From Rhodoferax sp. (GTDB taxonomy: Bacteria; Pseudomonadota; Gammaproteobacteria; Burkholderiales; Burkholderiaceae_C): a stretch of 47,298 bases of DNA. Under the pieces are notes generated by a model. It searched no databases. It was not told the origin of the DNA and saw nothing but the letters and a program-made list of their open reading frames with translations. Within the stretch, counting starts at the first letter, position 1; each line of letters starts with the position of its first letter. Shown in pieces: positions 12,512 through 21,900 of the stretch. The stretch lies in contig JBAQDW010000495.1 in assembly GCA_049286445.1 (NCBI GenBank), positions 1-47,298 of the forward strand. Direction: 5' to 3'. The translations under genes were made by a program, and so were the position numbers.

Positions 12512-13125
12512 AATCAGCGTCAACGCCAATGTGCGCCTTCATACCGAAATACCACTGCTTGCCTTTCTGGCTCGAGTGCATCTCGGGGTCACGTGCCCGG
12601 TCTTTGTTCTTGGTGGAGCTGGGCGCAGCAATCAAGGTGGCGTCCACCGCAGTGCCCGCCTTGAGTAGCAGGCCTTTTGCTGTGAGCAGTTCATTGACGG
12701 TGGCCAAAATCTGCTCGGCCAGTTTGTGTTTTTCCAGCCGGTGACGAAATCTCAGGATGGTGCTCTCGTCGGGCAAGCGCCCGTTGGCATCGAGCTGGGC
12801 AAACTCTCGGTACAACGGCACATCAAAGATGTGCCTCTTCCATGGCTGGATCCGACAGGCTGAACCACTGCTGCAAGAAGTGCACGCGCAGCATGGTCTC
12901 CAGCGCAAAGGGCGGCCTGCCGTTTTTTCCTTCGGGGTAATACGCAGCAATGAGCTCAACGAGCGCGCCCCAAGGAACCACGCGCTGCATCTGGGCAAGG
13001 AACTCCTGTTTGCGCGTTCTTCGGGTGCTCAGATTCAGATCAAGGCTGGTTTGCTTCATGGGCGATGAGGATGCCATGGCAGGCTTACGCCTGCCAGACA
13101 AAGGGGGAGGTTTTGCAGAGTGTCC
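12512..13125 (-). mobile_element. IS5-family element remnant: left end plus frameshifted transposase, cut by the Tn3 IR
   Basis: MKQTSLDL..RTRKQEFLAQM..VVPW..GRPPFALETMLR (ATG 13059), frameshift near 12830, then PDESTILRFRH..VDATLI..WYFGMKAHIGVDA; end GGACACTCTGCAAAA next to TTAA (13126-13129). Confidence 0.9.
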
Positions 13126-13144
13126 TTAAGCCCGAGCGTGCCGC

Positions 13145-13480
13145 CTAAGCAGCTACTCTGCGCCGAGCTACGAGCCTACCTACGGTGGACGGGTGGACGT
13201 TGAACAGCCTGGCCGCGTCGGCAGCAGTGCTCTTGCCGGAGTTAATCAGCGTCATGACCTCGTGTTGCTGCCTGGGGCTCAATTTGGGACGGCGACCGCC
13301 CAAGCGGCCCTCCTTGCTGGCCACAATGAGCCCGCTGCGCGTGCGCTCCCGCAGCATGGCACGCTCAAACTCGGCGAAGAAGCCCACGATCTGCATCATC
13401 ATGCGTCCTGCTGGCGTGGTCGTGTCTATGGATTCGGTCAAGCTGCGGAAACCGGCACCGGCAAGCTGCGCCCGCTCCAA
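13145..13480 (-). pseudogene. 5'-truncated serine resolvase
   Basis: FRSLTESIDTTTPAGRMMMQ..AEFER..RERT plus HTH; catalytic N-terminal YARVS is missing. Confidence 0.85.
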
Positions 13481-13547
13481 CTATTTAACTATCCATTTAC
13501 GACCCCTGAATTGAGGAGGCGGTCGAGGGAGTGGAACGCTAGTGTGC

Positions 13548-14487
13548 TCAATCTGACAGCTCTTCAGCGCATGTTTTGCAGACTGCAAATCCCTCAAGCC
13601 GTTGCGCGCTCCCGCACGCTGGACAGGTGTTTGAAGAATCGCTGTTGATGTCTTCGCCAGCCGGTGAGCTGGGTGCAAGAACTTCAACTGGCGCAACGCT
13701 TTCGGCCCGCTTTTTTTGTTCTATTGCCGCTCCGGCCAGCAGGCTCGCAGACAGCCCCGCAGGCAAAAAATCGAAGCGCAGGCTTTTGACTTTGCGTCCG
13801 GCTTTGACCGCCCGCCACTGAATTTCCCAGCCCTGCTTTTCGACAAGCTCTTTCACCGCAGGCTCAATAATTTTTCGACGAATTGCAGCAAAGTCAGCCC
13901 GCTGCTTTTCAGTTGCGTCCATCGAAGTTGCAAAATCCTCGATCGTGTATTCGGCTTTGCCTGTGGATTTAAATCGCATAAGAAGTTCAAGCAAGCGCCA
14001 CGAATACATCGAGCGCAGGGCGGTGGCTTGCTGTAGCTGGTACGTCGTGAACTGCTTGCGCAGGCCGACAAGCGATGGCAACAGATCGGGCCACCAAGCC
14101 AATTGCACCCACCCCTCGCCCTCGTGGTACTGACAGCGACCCACCCACCGCATATCGTTGCGAGTTAGCTTGAGCGGTTTGCCAGCACGTCGGTTGGCAG
14201 CCTCAAAAAAAGTCAGCTTGCGATCAAACAAATTTTTGGCAGCACCTTGCAGCGCTTCGTAAGCCGTATTCGGGTCAACCTTGTAAGTCTCGGCGTACTC
14301 AAGCGCGGTGATACGCACAGAAGGCAGCATTTCGCCGGGCTGCATGATTTTCATGCTGTCCAGCTTTGAGACAGCGATCATGACAACGCGCTTTTCTGCT
14401 AGCGACAGGCCGTGTCCAGCTCGCGTCAGCGCATTGTTCATGCTCACCCAACGCTCACCCGCCGGACGATTCGCGTCTTCCTGCATG
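13548..14487 (-). CDS. repA: Plasmid replication initiator, Rep_3 family (start uncertain: 14441, 14487 or 14588)
   Basis: NALTRAGHGLSLAEKR, FTTYQL..LRSMYSWRLLELL, RRKIIEPAVKEL..KAGRKV..LRF; C-terminal CxxC..CxxC tail. Confidence 0.92.
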
Positions 14488-14519
14488 TAGGAATCACTTT
14501 TTCTGCATGTAACTTGTCC

Positions 14520-14810
14520 CATTTCTGCCAACCTCCGTGTATTTCTGCCAAGTTTAATTTTACGGCAGAAATGGTGAATTCTGCCCAAATTTAAGTTGGG
14601 CAGACTGTGGATAGCACCCGGAAAAAGGCAGACTAACCCGGAAAAAGGCAGAGATAGCCCGGAAAAAGGCAGAATTGGGAAAAAGGCGTTTTCGTCGATT
14701 TCCCCTAGAAAAACGGCGTTTTCCTATACGCGCGCGCGCCTGAAAAAACAATAAAAAACAAGTTAAAAACTAGCCGAAGAAAAATTCAAAAACCAAAACC
14801 TGTGGACAAC
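14520..14810. promoter_or_regulatory. Replication origin oriV: iterons, inverted repeat, DnaA boxes, AT-rich stretch
   Basis: CCCGGAAAAAGGCAGA at 14617, 14637 and 14658 plus a degenerate copy at 14677; TCTGCCCAA-N7-TTGGGCAGA at 14580-14604; DnaA-like TGTGGATAG (14606) and TGTGGACAA (14801); A-rich 14742-14800. Confidence 0.88.
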
Positions 14811-15154
14811 TCAAAGTCAGAACATCCAAAAACCGTTTTTCAGGGAGAAACCGAAATTCAAAACTTCCAGAAATCCAATCCAGCAGCCCGATGAAGTCAT
14901 TGGCTTGAAGAGGTGATCAAGAAGCCAAGCACTGGTGCAAACCAGTCCACATTCAGCTCCTGCGATCAAGGCTAGCTGTTGAGTAGCTTTGTAGAGTCAG
15001 AAAACCACCCGCCAACAGGTTTTTGCAGGTTAGTTAAGGGGGTAGGTGCTATGCAGACCAAAAATGCGCTGTAGCACCTAAAAACCAAAAACTTTGGATT
15101 TGAGCTGCCAAGCCCCCGGCGTCGGTGCCTAGCCCACGGCCGCCCCGCCAATCC

Positions 15155-15180
15155 AGCCCGCCCTCCGAGCGGGCTTTTTT
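15155..15180 (+). terminator. Intrinsic terminator-like hairpin upstream of kfrA
   Basis: AGCCCGC-CCTCCGA-GCGGGCT followed by a T run. Confidence 0.7.
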
Positions 15181-15274
15181 GTGCCTGCGCTATCGCCAAA
15201 AAAGCAAAGCATAAATCTATAACATAACGTGCCATAACAAGAATACGATAACGTATCGTATCAAGGAGCAAATC

Positions 15275-16288
15275 ATGGGACGCGAAGCCACAATCACGTA
15301 TGAACAAATCGCCGCAGTAGCTGATGCAATGAAGGTTGAGGGCCTCAAGCCCACGTCACGGGCGGTGCGCGAGCGAGCTGGTGGCACCGGCAGCATGGGC
15401 ACCATCAACAAGCTGTTGGGACGCTGGAAGGCCGGCCAAGAGCGCCAAATCAGCGCTGCGCTGGTGCTGCCCCCTGCACTGCAACGCGTGCTGCTGGAGT
15501 TCATGGACAACGAACTGACCGCCGCCCGCACTGCGCTTGAAGCCGAACTGGCCGACCAACAGCAGGAAGCCGCCGATCTGGCAGCAGAGAACGAGCGTCA
15601 GGTCATTGAGAACGACGCCCAAGCAGACACGATTGATCTTTTGCGTGCCGAGGTTTCGACACACCAGGGCCGTGCCGGTCAGCTTGAATCTGACCTGGTA
15701 GTGGCACGCGATGAAGCCGTGCGCGAGCGCAGCGGGGCCGAGCTGGCCCGCACCGAGTTGGCCAAGGCACAGCTTCGCTTGGAAGCCATGCCCCGCTTGG
15801 AGGCCGACCTAGTAGCCGTGAGAGATGTTTTAGAGGCAGAGCGCACCGCCCGCCAACAAGCCAAAGAAGATGCCGCAGTCTTGGCTTCAAAGCTGGAAGC
15901 CGCCGAACGCCGCATAGCCGAGAACGAGGCCCGCTCCACCAAAGCCGAAGCCGCTACAAAAGCCGCTGGTCAGCAGCACACCGCCGAGCTTGCCGAATAC
16001 AAAAACACGCTTCAGCAAACCATTGCCGAGCGCGACCGCTATCACGCCGAATTGCTCAAATTGGAAGCCAAAGCCGACGCCGCAGCCGAACAGCACACCA
16101 CCACGCTGGTAGAGCTTGGAATTGTTCGACAGCAGGCCAGCGAAGCCCGCGAGAGCGCCGCAAACCTTGCAGGGAAGATGGAAGCAATGAAAACCAAAAT
16201 TGCCGCTACAGCGCCTGCCACTGACCCGGCACCGGCTCCGGCTCCGGCACATCCAAAAACAAAATCCACCGCCGCCGCAAAACAGTAA
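15275..16288 (+). CDS. kfrA: KfrA-family DNA-binding coiled-coil protein
   Basis: ITYEQIAAVADAM..G.KPTSRAVRE..GGTGSMGTINKLL..W (KfrA_N) then a long coiled coil; AAGGAG RBS; palindrome ATACGATA-ACG-TATCGTAT upstream. Confidence 0.9.
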   Translation: MGREATITYEQIAAVADAMKVEGLKPTSRAVRERAGGTGSMGTINKLLGRWKAGQERQISAALVLPPALQRVLLEFMDNELTAARTALEAELADQQQEAADLAAENERQVIENDAQADTIDLLRAEVSTHQGRAGQLESDLVVARDEAVRERSGAELARTELAKAQLRLEAMPRLEADLVAVRDVLEAERTARQQAKEDAAVLASKLEAAERRIAENEARSTKAEAATKAAGQQHTAELAEYKNTLQQTIAERDRYHAELLKLEAKADAAAEQHTTTLVELGIVRQQASEARESAANLAGKMEAMKTKIAATAPATDPAPAPAPAHPKTKSTAAAKQ

Positions 16289-16301
16289 TTCCCCCATCCC
16301 G

Positions 16302-16324
16302 AGCCCGCCCCGAGCGGGCTTTTT
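16302..16324 (+). terminator. Intrinsic terminator of kfrA
   Basis: AGCCCGC-CCCGA-GCGGGCT-TTTT, 13 nt after the stop. Confidence 0.8.
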
Positions 16325-16505
16325 CACGCCCGAGCACAGCCCCGACTTTTGTCGCAAAACCATTCCCACCATCCAACAACGAAAAAACGCCCCTTGAGGT
16401 GTTTTTCAACTTGTTTTCAATTGATGAAGGCACAGACCGAGCGCGACGCCGCCCGAAAATCAGAAGTTGCAAATCAAAAACTGAATTAAATATTAATTTA
16501 AGACG

Positions 16506-16537
16506 AAAAAAAACGCCATTCATGTGGCGTTTTTTTT
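16506..16537. terminator. Bidirectional terminator downstream of the traKLM-like operon
   Basis: A-run-CGCCA-loop-TGGCG-T-run. Confidence 0.75.
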
Positions 16538-16577
16538 GTTTTTTAGGCATTTACAAAATTTATCCCTGTATTTTTAT

Positions 16578-17066
16578 TTAGCGAATTTTGGCATAAAGCA
16601 ATGTGAGAATCACGCCAAATAAAATTCCACCAAGCGCTCCAAAAACTGCGAGTTTTGATGCCAAAAGCCCAGCACCTAGCATTAGACAAATTCCAAAGAT
16701 AGCAATTTTTTTCTTATCGATGAAATTATCTTTGCTTGATTCTTCTTTTTCCGCTAATTTTTGGAGATATTTTTTTTCTAAATTTTTTCTTATTTCTTCT
16801 TTGGCTCTAAGCAAAAAACGGCGATTGACATCAATTAGTGCAAATACTGGATCATTGTCGCCTGTTCTGATACCATTTTGCATTAATATTAATTTCATCC
16901 GATCTTTATTTATAGGAATTTCGTTGGCAATAATGCTGACTAGAATTGAATTGTTTAAACACTCATATTCTAAGATGGGATCTTTTATTTTTAGATCAAT
17001 TTTGTTTTCGCGAAATTCATATATTATTCTTTCGCGCTCTATTTCGATTGAATTTTCTTTTACCAT
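16578..17066 (-). CDS. TraM-like membrane-anchored protein
   Basis: QNGIRTGDNDPVFALIDVN resembles the TraM-type G...DDP motif; two C-terminal hydrophobic helices; third gene of the operon. Confidence 0.6.
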   Translation of the reverse strand: MVKENSIEIERERIIYEFRENKIDLKIKDPILEYECLNNSILVSIIANEIPINKDRMKLILMQNGIRTGDNDPVFALIDVNRRFLLRAKEEIRKNLEKKYLQKLAEKEESSKDNFIDKKKIAIFGICLMLGAGLLASKLAVFGALGGILFGVILTLLYAKIR

Positions 17067-17845
17067 TGCACTGCATCGAGTTCTTTGAATACTTTGTCAA
17101 CGACAGTATTCAGCCGTTTCTTTTCAATGAAATTGAATTCCGTCGATTCGTTGACTTCTGAAATAATCAATCGTTTAGATGTCATTTTCAATACAGATGC
17201 TACGTAATCATCATCACCGTTTCCGGCCCAATTGAAAATATCAACGATACCGCAAATTTGATTTTTAGCTACAGCGTTCTTTATTATCTGACTGTCCTCA
17301 GGTTTCATTTTGTTTGTCGGATCAATGACAGCGCCTTCCTTTGGATTCTTCCAAACAACGACCTTGGTTTTTTCATCGATTATTTGGATTACCTCATTCA
17401 GAGAATTAAGGGTTTCCTGATAGCCGCCACCGCCATTTATAACGCAGTGAATATATATGTTTTTACCGCTGTCATTAAATGCCTTTAATATCTCATTTGA
17501 TTTGAAATACTTCAGCAGCGGGTCAAATGTAGCTGATCCGGTATCAACCAAAAAACAGCCCTTCGCGGAATAAATTCGCTCGAAAGCATCGTCAAATTTT
17601 TGTTGCAGAATGGTTTTATTCTCTGAAATTGCAACATATCCAGCTTTTAATGCATTATGTGCTTTAAATGATTGGTTTTTAGGATCGGTGTCCATGCATA
17701 TGATTGGGTGCTCTTTATTCAACAGATATTGAGCCATCAGTACTGCTGTGTGTGTTTTGCCTGCGCCACCTTTGCTTTGCATAACAAAATGCAGGCTATT
17801 TGACAATGGGTTTTCAGTAGTATTTGATTTGATTTTTGTATTCAT
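17060..17845 (-). CDS. traL: TraL/StbB-like P-loop ATPase
   Basis: HFVMQSKGGAGKT, DTDPKN.SF, LVDTGSATF.PL..Y, HCVI.GG as in IncP TraL. Confidence 0.8.
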   Translation of the reverse strand: MNTKIKSNTTENPLSNSLHFVMQSKGGAGKTHTAVLMAQYLLNKEHPIICMDTDPKNQSFKAHNALKAGYVAISENKTILQQKFDDAFERIYSAKGCFLVDTGSATFDPLLKYFKSNEILKAFNDSGKNIYIHCVINGGGGYQETLNSLNEVIQIIDEKTKVVVWKNPKEGAVIDPTNKMKPEDSQIIKNAVAKNQICGIVDIFNWAGNGDDDYVASVLKMTSKRLIISEVNESTEFNFIEKKRLNTVVDKVFKELDAVQW

Positions 17846-17853
17846 GATTTTGA

Positions 17854-18288
17854 TTAGTATTTAATTTCTGGTGTTTTAGTTGGCGTATCGCTAATGCCGT
17901 CAAAAAAACTCTGGCCTGTGATTTTTAATGGGTCTTGATTTTTGTCGTTTTCTTTCGTATTTGGTGCTGCTGCTGCTGGTGTTGCTGGTGTTGTGCCTGT
18001 TGCTACTGTGGTTACTGCCGGTGTTGGGGTTGGTGCTGCTGATGGCGGTATATTTTTTTTGCTTTTAAGCAATCCACGTTCTCGCCTTATTTTTCCCAAC
18101 GAATATCTAAATCCAGCTTCTGTAAATTTAAATCCGCCTTCATGCAATATAGATAGAACCTCACTTTGCGTTTTCCGCATTAACGCATGTTCAACGTCGT
18201 CAAAAATATCCCGCAGCCTTGCGGTTTCTGTTTTTTTTGGCCCGGAGGCTATCTCTCTGAGCCGCGATGAAATTTGTTGATCGCCCAC
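17854..18288 (-). CDS. TraK/StbA-like oriT-region DNA-binding protein
   Basis: TARLRDIFDDVEHAL...L.E.GF..T..GFR..L.KIRR, then a Pro/Thr/Ala tail; divergent from oriT. Confidence 0.65.
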   Translation of the reverse strand: MGDQQISSRLREIASGPKKTETARLRDIFDDVEHALMRKTQSEVLSILHEGGFKFTEAGFRYSLGKIRRERGLLKSKKNIPPSAAPTPTPAVTTVATGTTPATPAAAAPNTKENDKNQDPLKITGQSFFDGISDTPTKTPEIKY

Positions 18289-18334
18289 TTTTTTTCCTTG
18301 AAGTTCAGATGTTTTGCATTCTACACCTTGTTTC

Positions 18335-18460
18335 CTATCTTTTCACTGGCTTCAGTCTAGCACATGACTGGCGAAAACTATCTTTTTTCTATCTTTATCT
18401 ATCGTAAAGATAGCGTAAAGCTGTCTTTTTTCTATCGTTGACTGTCTTTTTTCTAGTTGT
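18335..18460. repeat. Helically phased CT(A/G)TC-T-rich repeats, likely TraK/StbA binding array
   Basis: Units at 18335, 18378, 18389, 18399, 18421, 18432, 18442 and 18453 (10-11 bp period). Confidence 0.7.
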
Positions 18461-18499
18461 AGTCTAGCAGGTGCTTGCAAGGTGGCATGGGTTCCGCTA

Positions 18500-18590
18500 T
18501 AGTAAGGGCACGACTGCCATGTATACAAAGAGCTGCGCTCTTTGCAAACATGGCCGTGCTAAGGGGGGGCACCCCCCTTAAACCCCCCAG
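18500..18590. promoter_or_regulatory. Putative oriT hairpins
   Basis: Long imperfect IR GCACG..GCCATGT..CAAAGAGC-TGC-GCTCTTTG..ACATGGC-CGTGC (18508-18559) and TAAGGGGGG-GCA-CCCCCCTTA (18560-18580), upstream of mobC. Confidence 0.65.
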
Positions 18591-18640
18591 CGCTACGCGC
18601 CGGGGAACACCGTGCTACGCACAAGAAAGAGGCCCACGCC

Positions 18641-18994
18641 ATGCGCAACGACATCGACGACAGCGAGAAACTGACCCGTGTTTACCACTTCCGGCTGAAT
18701 GAATTAGATGCCCAGGTGTGGGATGCAAAGATCGCAGAATCTGGCATGAAGATCAGTCAATTCATGCGCGAAGCAGTGATCTACAACAAAGCCGTCGTCA
18801 AAGGTGTTGAGCCAAAAACCGTCAACCCCGATTTAGTGCGCCAAAACTTCTTGCTGGCGGCGATCAGCCGCAATATCAACCAAATCGCCTACCGCCTGAA
18901 TTCAGACAACTTAATTGGCTTAGTGACGCCGGCAACCTATGCCGCCGTGCTGGCCGATCTTGAATCCATTTCAGCCGCAGTGAAGGAGCTATGA
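18641..18994 (+). CDS. mobC: MobC-type relaxosome accessory protein (ribbon-helix-helix)
   Basis: FRL...SGMKISQFMREA and LAAISRNINQIAYRLN motif; ATGA overlap with the relaxase. Confidence 0.9.
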   Translation: MRNDIDDSEKLTRVYHFRLNELDAQVWDAKIAESGMKISQFMREAVIYNKAVVKGVEPKTVNPDLVRQNFLLAAISRNINQIAYRLNSDNLIGLVTPATYAAVLADLESISAAVKEL

Positions 18995-21900
18995 AAATGG
19001 CTTACATAAAATATGGTGGTGGATATTCTGGCGTTGGAATTAAAGAGTATTTTGAAAACGGCAAGAAGCAAGGCCGCGAGCTGCACCGTGACGAGATAGA
19101 CCAGCGCATTGTTCTTGAAGGTGATTTAGATATTTGCACACGCATTATCGAATCAAGAGAAACCGACGCCGAACGCTACGACCACATTACCATTTCGTTC
19201 AAAGAAAAAGACATTTCACCGGAAACCTTGCGCGCCATTATTGCCGAATTCAAAGCATTCGCGCATAGCGCTTACACCGAAGAAGAGCTTTATATATATG
19301 CCGAAGCGCATATTCCAAAAACGGCAACAGAAGAAAAATGGAACCCGGAAAAAAAGAGATATGAAACGGTAGAGCGTTACCCCCATATCCATATTGTCGT
19401 TCCAAAAACCAATGTAATTACGGGCGAGCGTCTGTCTGTTTTTGAGAAGCTGGAGTTGCGCTATGGCACAGAAAAAAGAACCGATGACTTTACTGATGCT
19501 TTCCAAGAGCATATCAATGAAAAATATGGATTGTCTTCGCCCAAAGACAACCGCCGAACAGAATTCACCAGCCAGGCCGACATAATTTCTCGAATCAAAG
19601 AAGACCAGTTTACCGGGAAAAACCGCGAATCACGGAAGATGATTCGTGACATGATGATTGACCAGCGCATCGAAAGCACTGAGGCATTTCGTGCAATGCT
19701 TGAAAAACTAGGTGAAGTAAAAAAGGCCAACGGCAAGAATGGCCCATATTTGAAAATCAAGCTGCCAGGTGAACAGAAATATATCAGGCTTGAAGATCAC
19801 CAATTCAGCGCCGGATTTATATCCAGCACGATGGCCGAGAAACTCGCCTTTTACACCGGCCAGGGCAAAGCCCGCAGCCCAAAACAAAAAGCCGACGATC
19901 TAGCCAAAGGTGCAGTTTTGCTGCAAAAGTGGAATGACCGGGCACGCGAAATCAAATACCTGCATACCTCCAGCCCGTTTTATAAAAACACCTACGTCAA
20001 GGCCACGGCTAAAGAAAAAACGGTGCTGCTGGACGCGCTGGAAGCCGCGTATTACGAAAAGCTCCAAGAAAAACACGGCTACCACAATGCCGTCATTGCA
20101 GCCGAACGCGGCCCCGACCAGCCCGAGCTTTCCCCGGAAATTCAAGCAGAAATCAAAGAGCAAATCGACGCAATCCGCATCGAGGAATTCACCAGTTCAA
20201 AACTCAATACGACATATCTGCGCACCGTCGAGGAATTGCGCAACGCTGACGAAGCCGGACAAAAAATCATTGAATCCCCTGCCCAAGCCATTGACGCGCT
20301 GACATTCTCCCAATCTCATTTTTCAGAATTGGCCCTTGAGCGCCATTTGCTGAAAAACACCAGCAGCCCCGAGCAGTACGATGCCGCCATGAAAGCCGTT
20401 TTGGCTTGCCCCGAATTAGTGATAAACGACGACGATGAGCGCGGAATCCAATTCACATCCCAATCCATTGTCTCCATTGAAAAGCGCCTGACAGAGCGCG
20501 CAGAGCGCATGAGCGCAACGACCGGCCCCGCAGTATCAGCCCAAGAACAGCAATCCATTATTGATGCCACCCCGTTCAATCGCGGCCAGCGTGAGGGCTT
20601 TGAGCTGCTTTGTTCCGGCAAGCAATTGGCAGTGGTCAACGGGGCCGCAGGCACCGGCAAATCTTTTGTTTTAGCCGCCATGCGCAAGGCTTATGAAAAA
20701 GAAGGCTTCACGGTTTATGGCGCGATATTGCAAGGCAAAACCGCAGAGGACTTGCAACGGGATTCAGGCATCCAATCCAAAACCATTGCCCGAACCCTCT
20801 TGGATTTAGAGAGCGGGAAAATGAAGCTCAATGCCAAATCTGTTTTGGTAGTTGATGAAGCGGGCATGGCGGGTTCGCGCGACCTTGAAAAGTTAATGGC
20901 CCACACCGAGGCCGCAGGTGCCCGCCTGCGGCTGGTAGGCGATGCAAAGCAGCTTGCAGCGGTTGAATATGGGAATGCTTTTGTTGAAGTCAGCAAGCGT
21001 GCCGAAGTCGCCAGCCTGACGGAAATCATGCGGCAGAAAACCGAGTGGCAGCGGTTGGCCTCGGAGAAGTTCTCAGTGCATGACATTCAAGGCTTGCAAG
21101 ACTATGCAGACCGTGGCCACGTTCATTTAGCAGATACCGCGCAGGATGCGCAAATCGAATTGGTAAACGCTTGGAGCCAGCACCGGGCAGAACAGCCCGA
21201 GCAAACCCGCATTGTGTTGGCGCACACGAACGCCGACCGCATTGGCCTGAATGAGCTCATGCGCGCCGAGCTGCAAAAGCAGGGCCAGCTTACCAATCAA
21301 ATTTTGGTGGACACGGCGCGCGGAAAAGTGGCGATGGCAGCGGGCGAGCTGGTGATGTTCACCAAAGCCGACAAAAATCTAGGCGTCAAAAACGGCACCA
21401 CTGGAGTGATTGAAAAAATCAGCGGGGGCGTCATCACTGTGGCCCTCGAAAACGGCAAAACCTGCCAATTCGACGCGACGCAAAAAGGCGACAGCACGAC
21501 GCACATTGATTACGCCTACGCAGTCACTGTGCATAAATCCCAAGGCATGACAGTTGATGCTGCTTTTGTTTTTGCCAACAAGTCAATGACGAAAGAAAAC
21601 TTAGGCGTGGCGATGACCCGCCACCGGCACGACGCGCAGGTTTTTGGCAGCAAAGAGCAATTTGCAGACATACCAGCAATGGTCAAAACCCTCGACCGGG
21701 CCGGAGAAAAAGCCTTCACCGGAGACAAGAGCTGGAGCGACACGCACCGCCGCGAAGATTCAGTAATCGGCCAGTACGTGGCAGAACTGACCGCAGCCAA
21801 GGTGATTGAGAAAGCCGCGCAGACCGCGCAATTCAAAGAAATTGCGGCCAATCTCGACCCCCAGCGCGTTCTTGACTATGTGAGCAAATCACACCACCAG

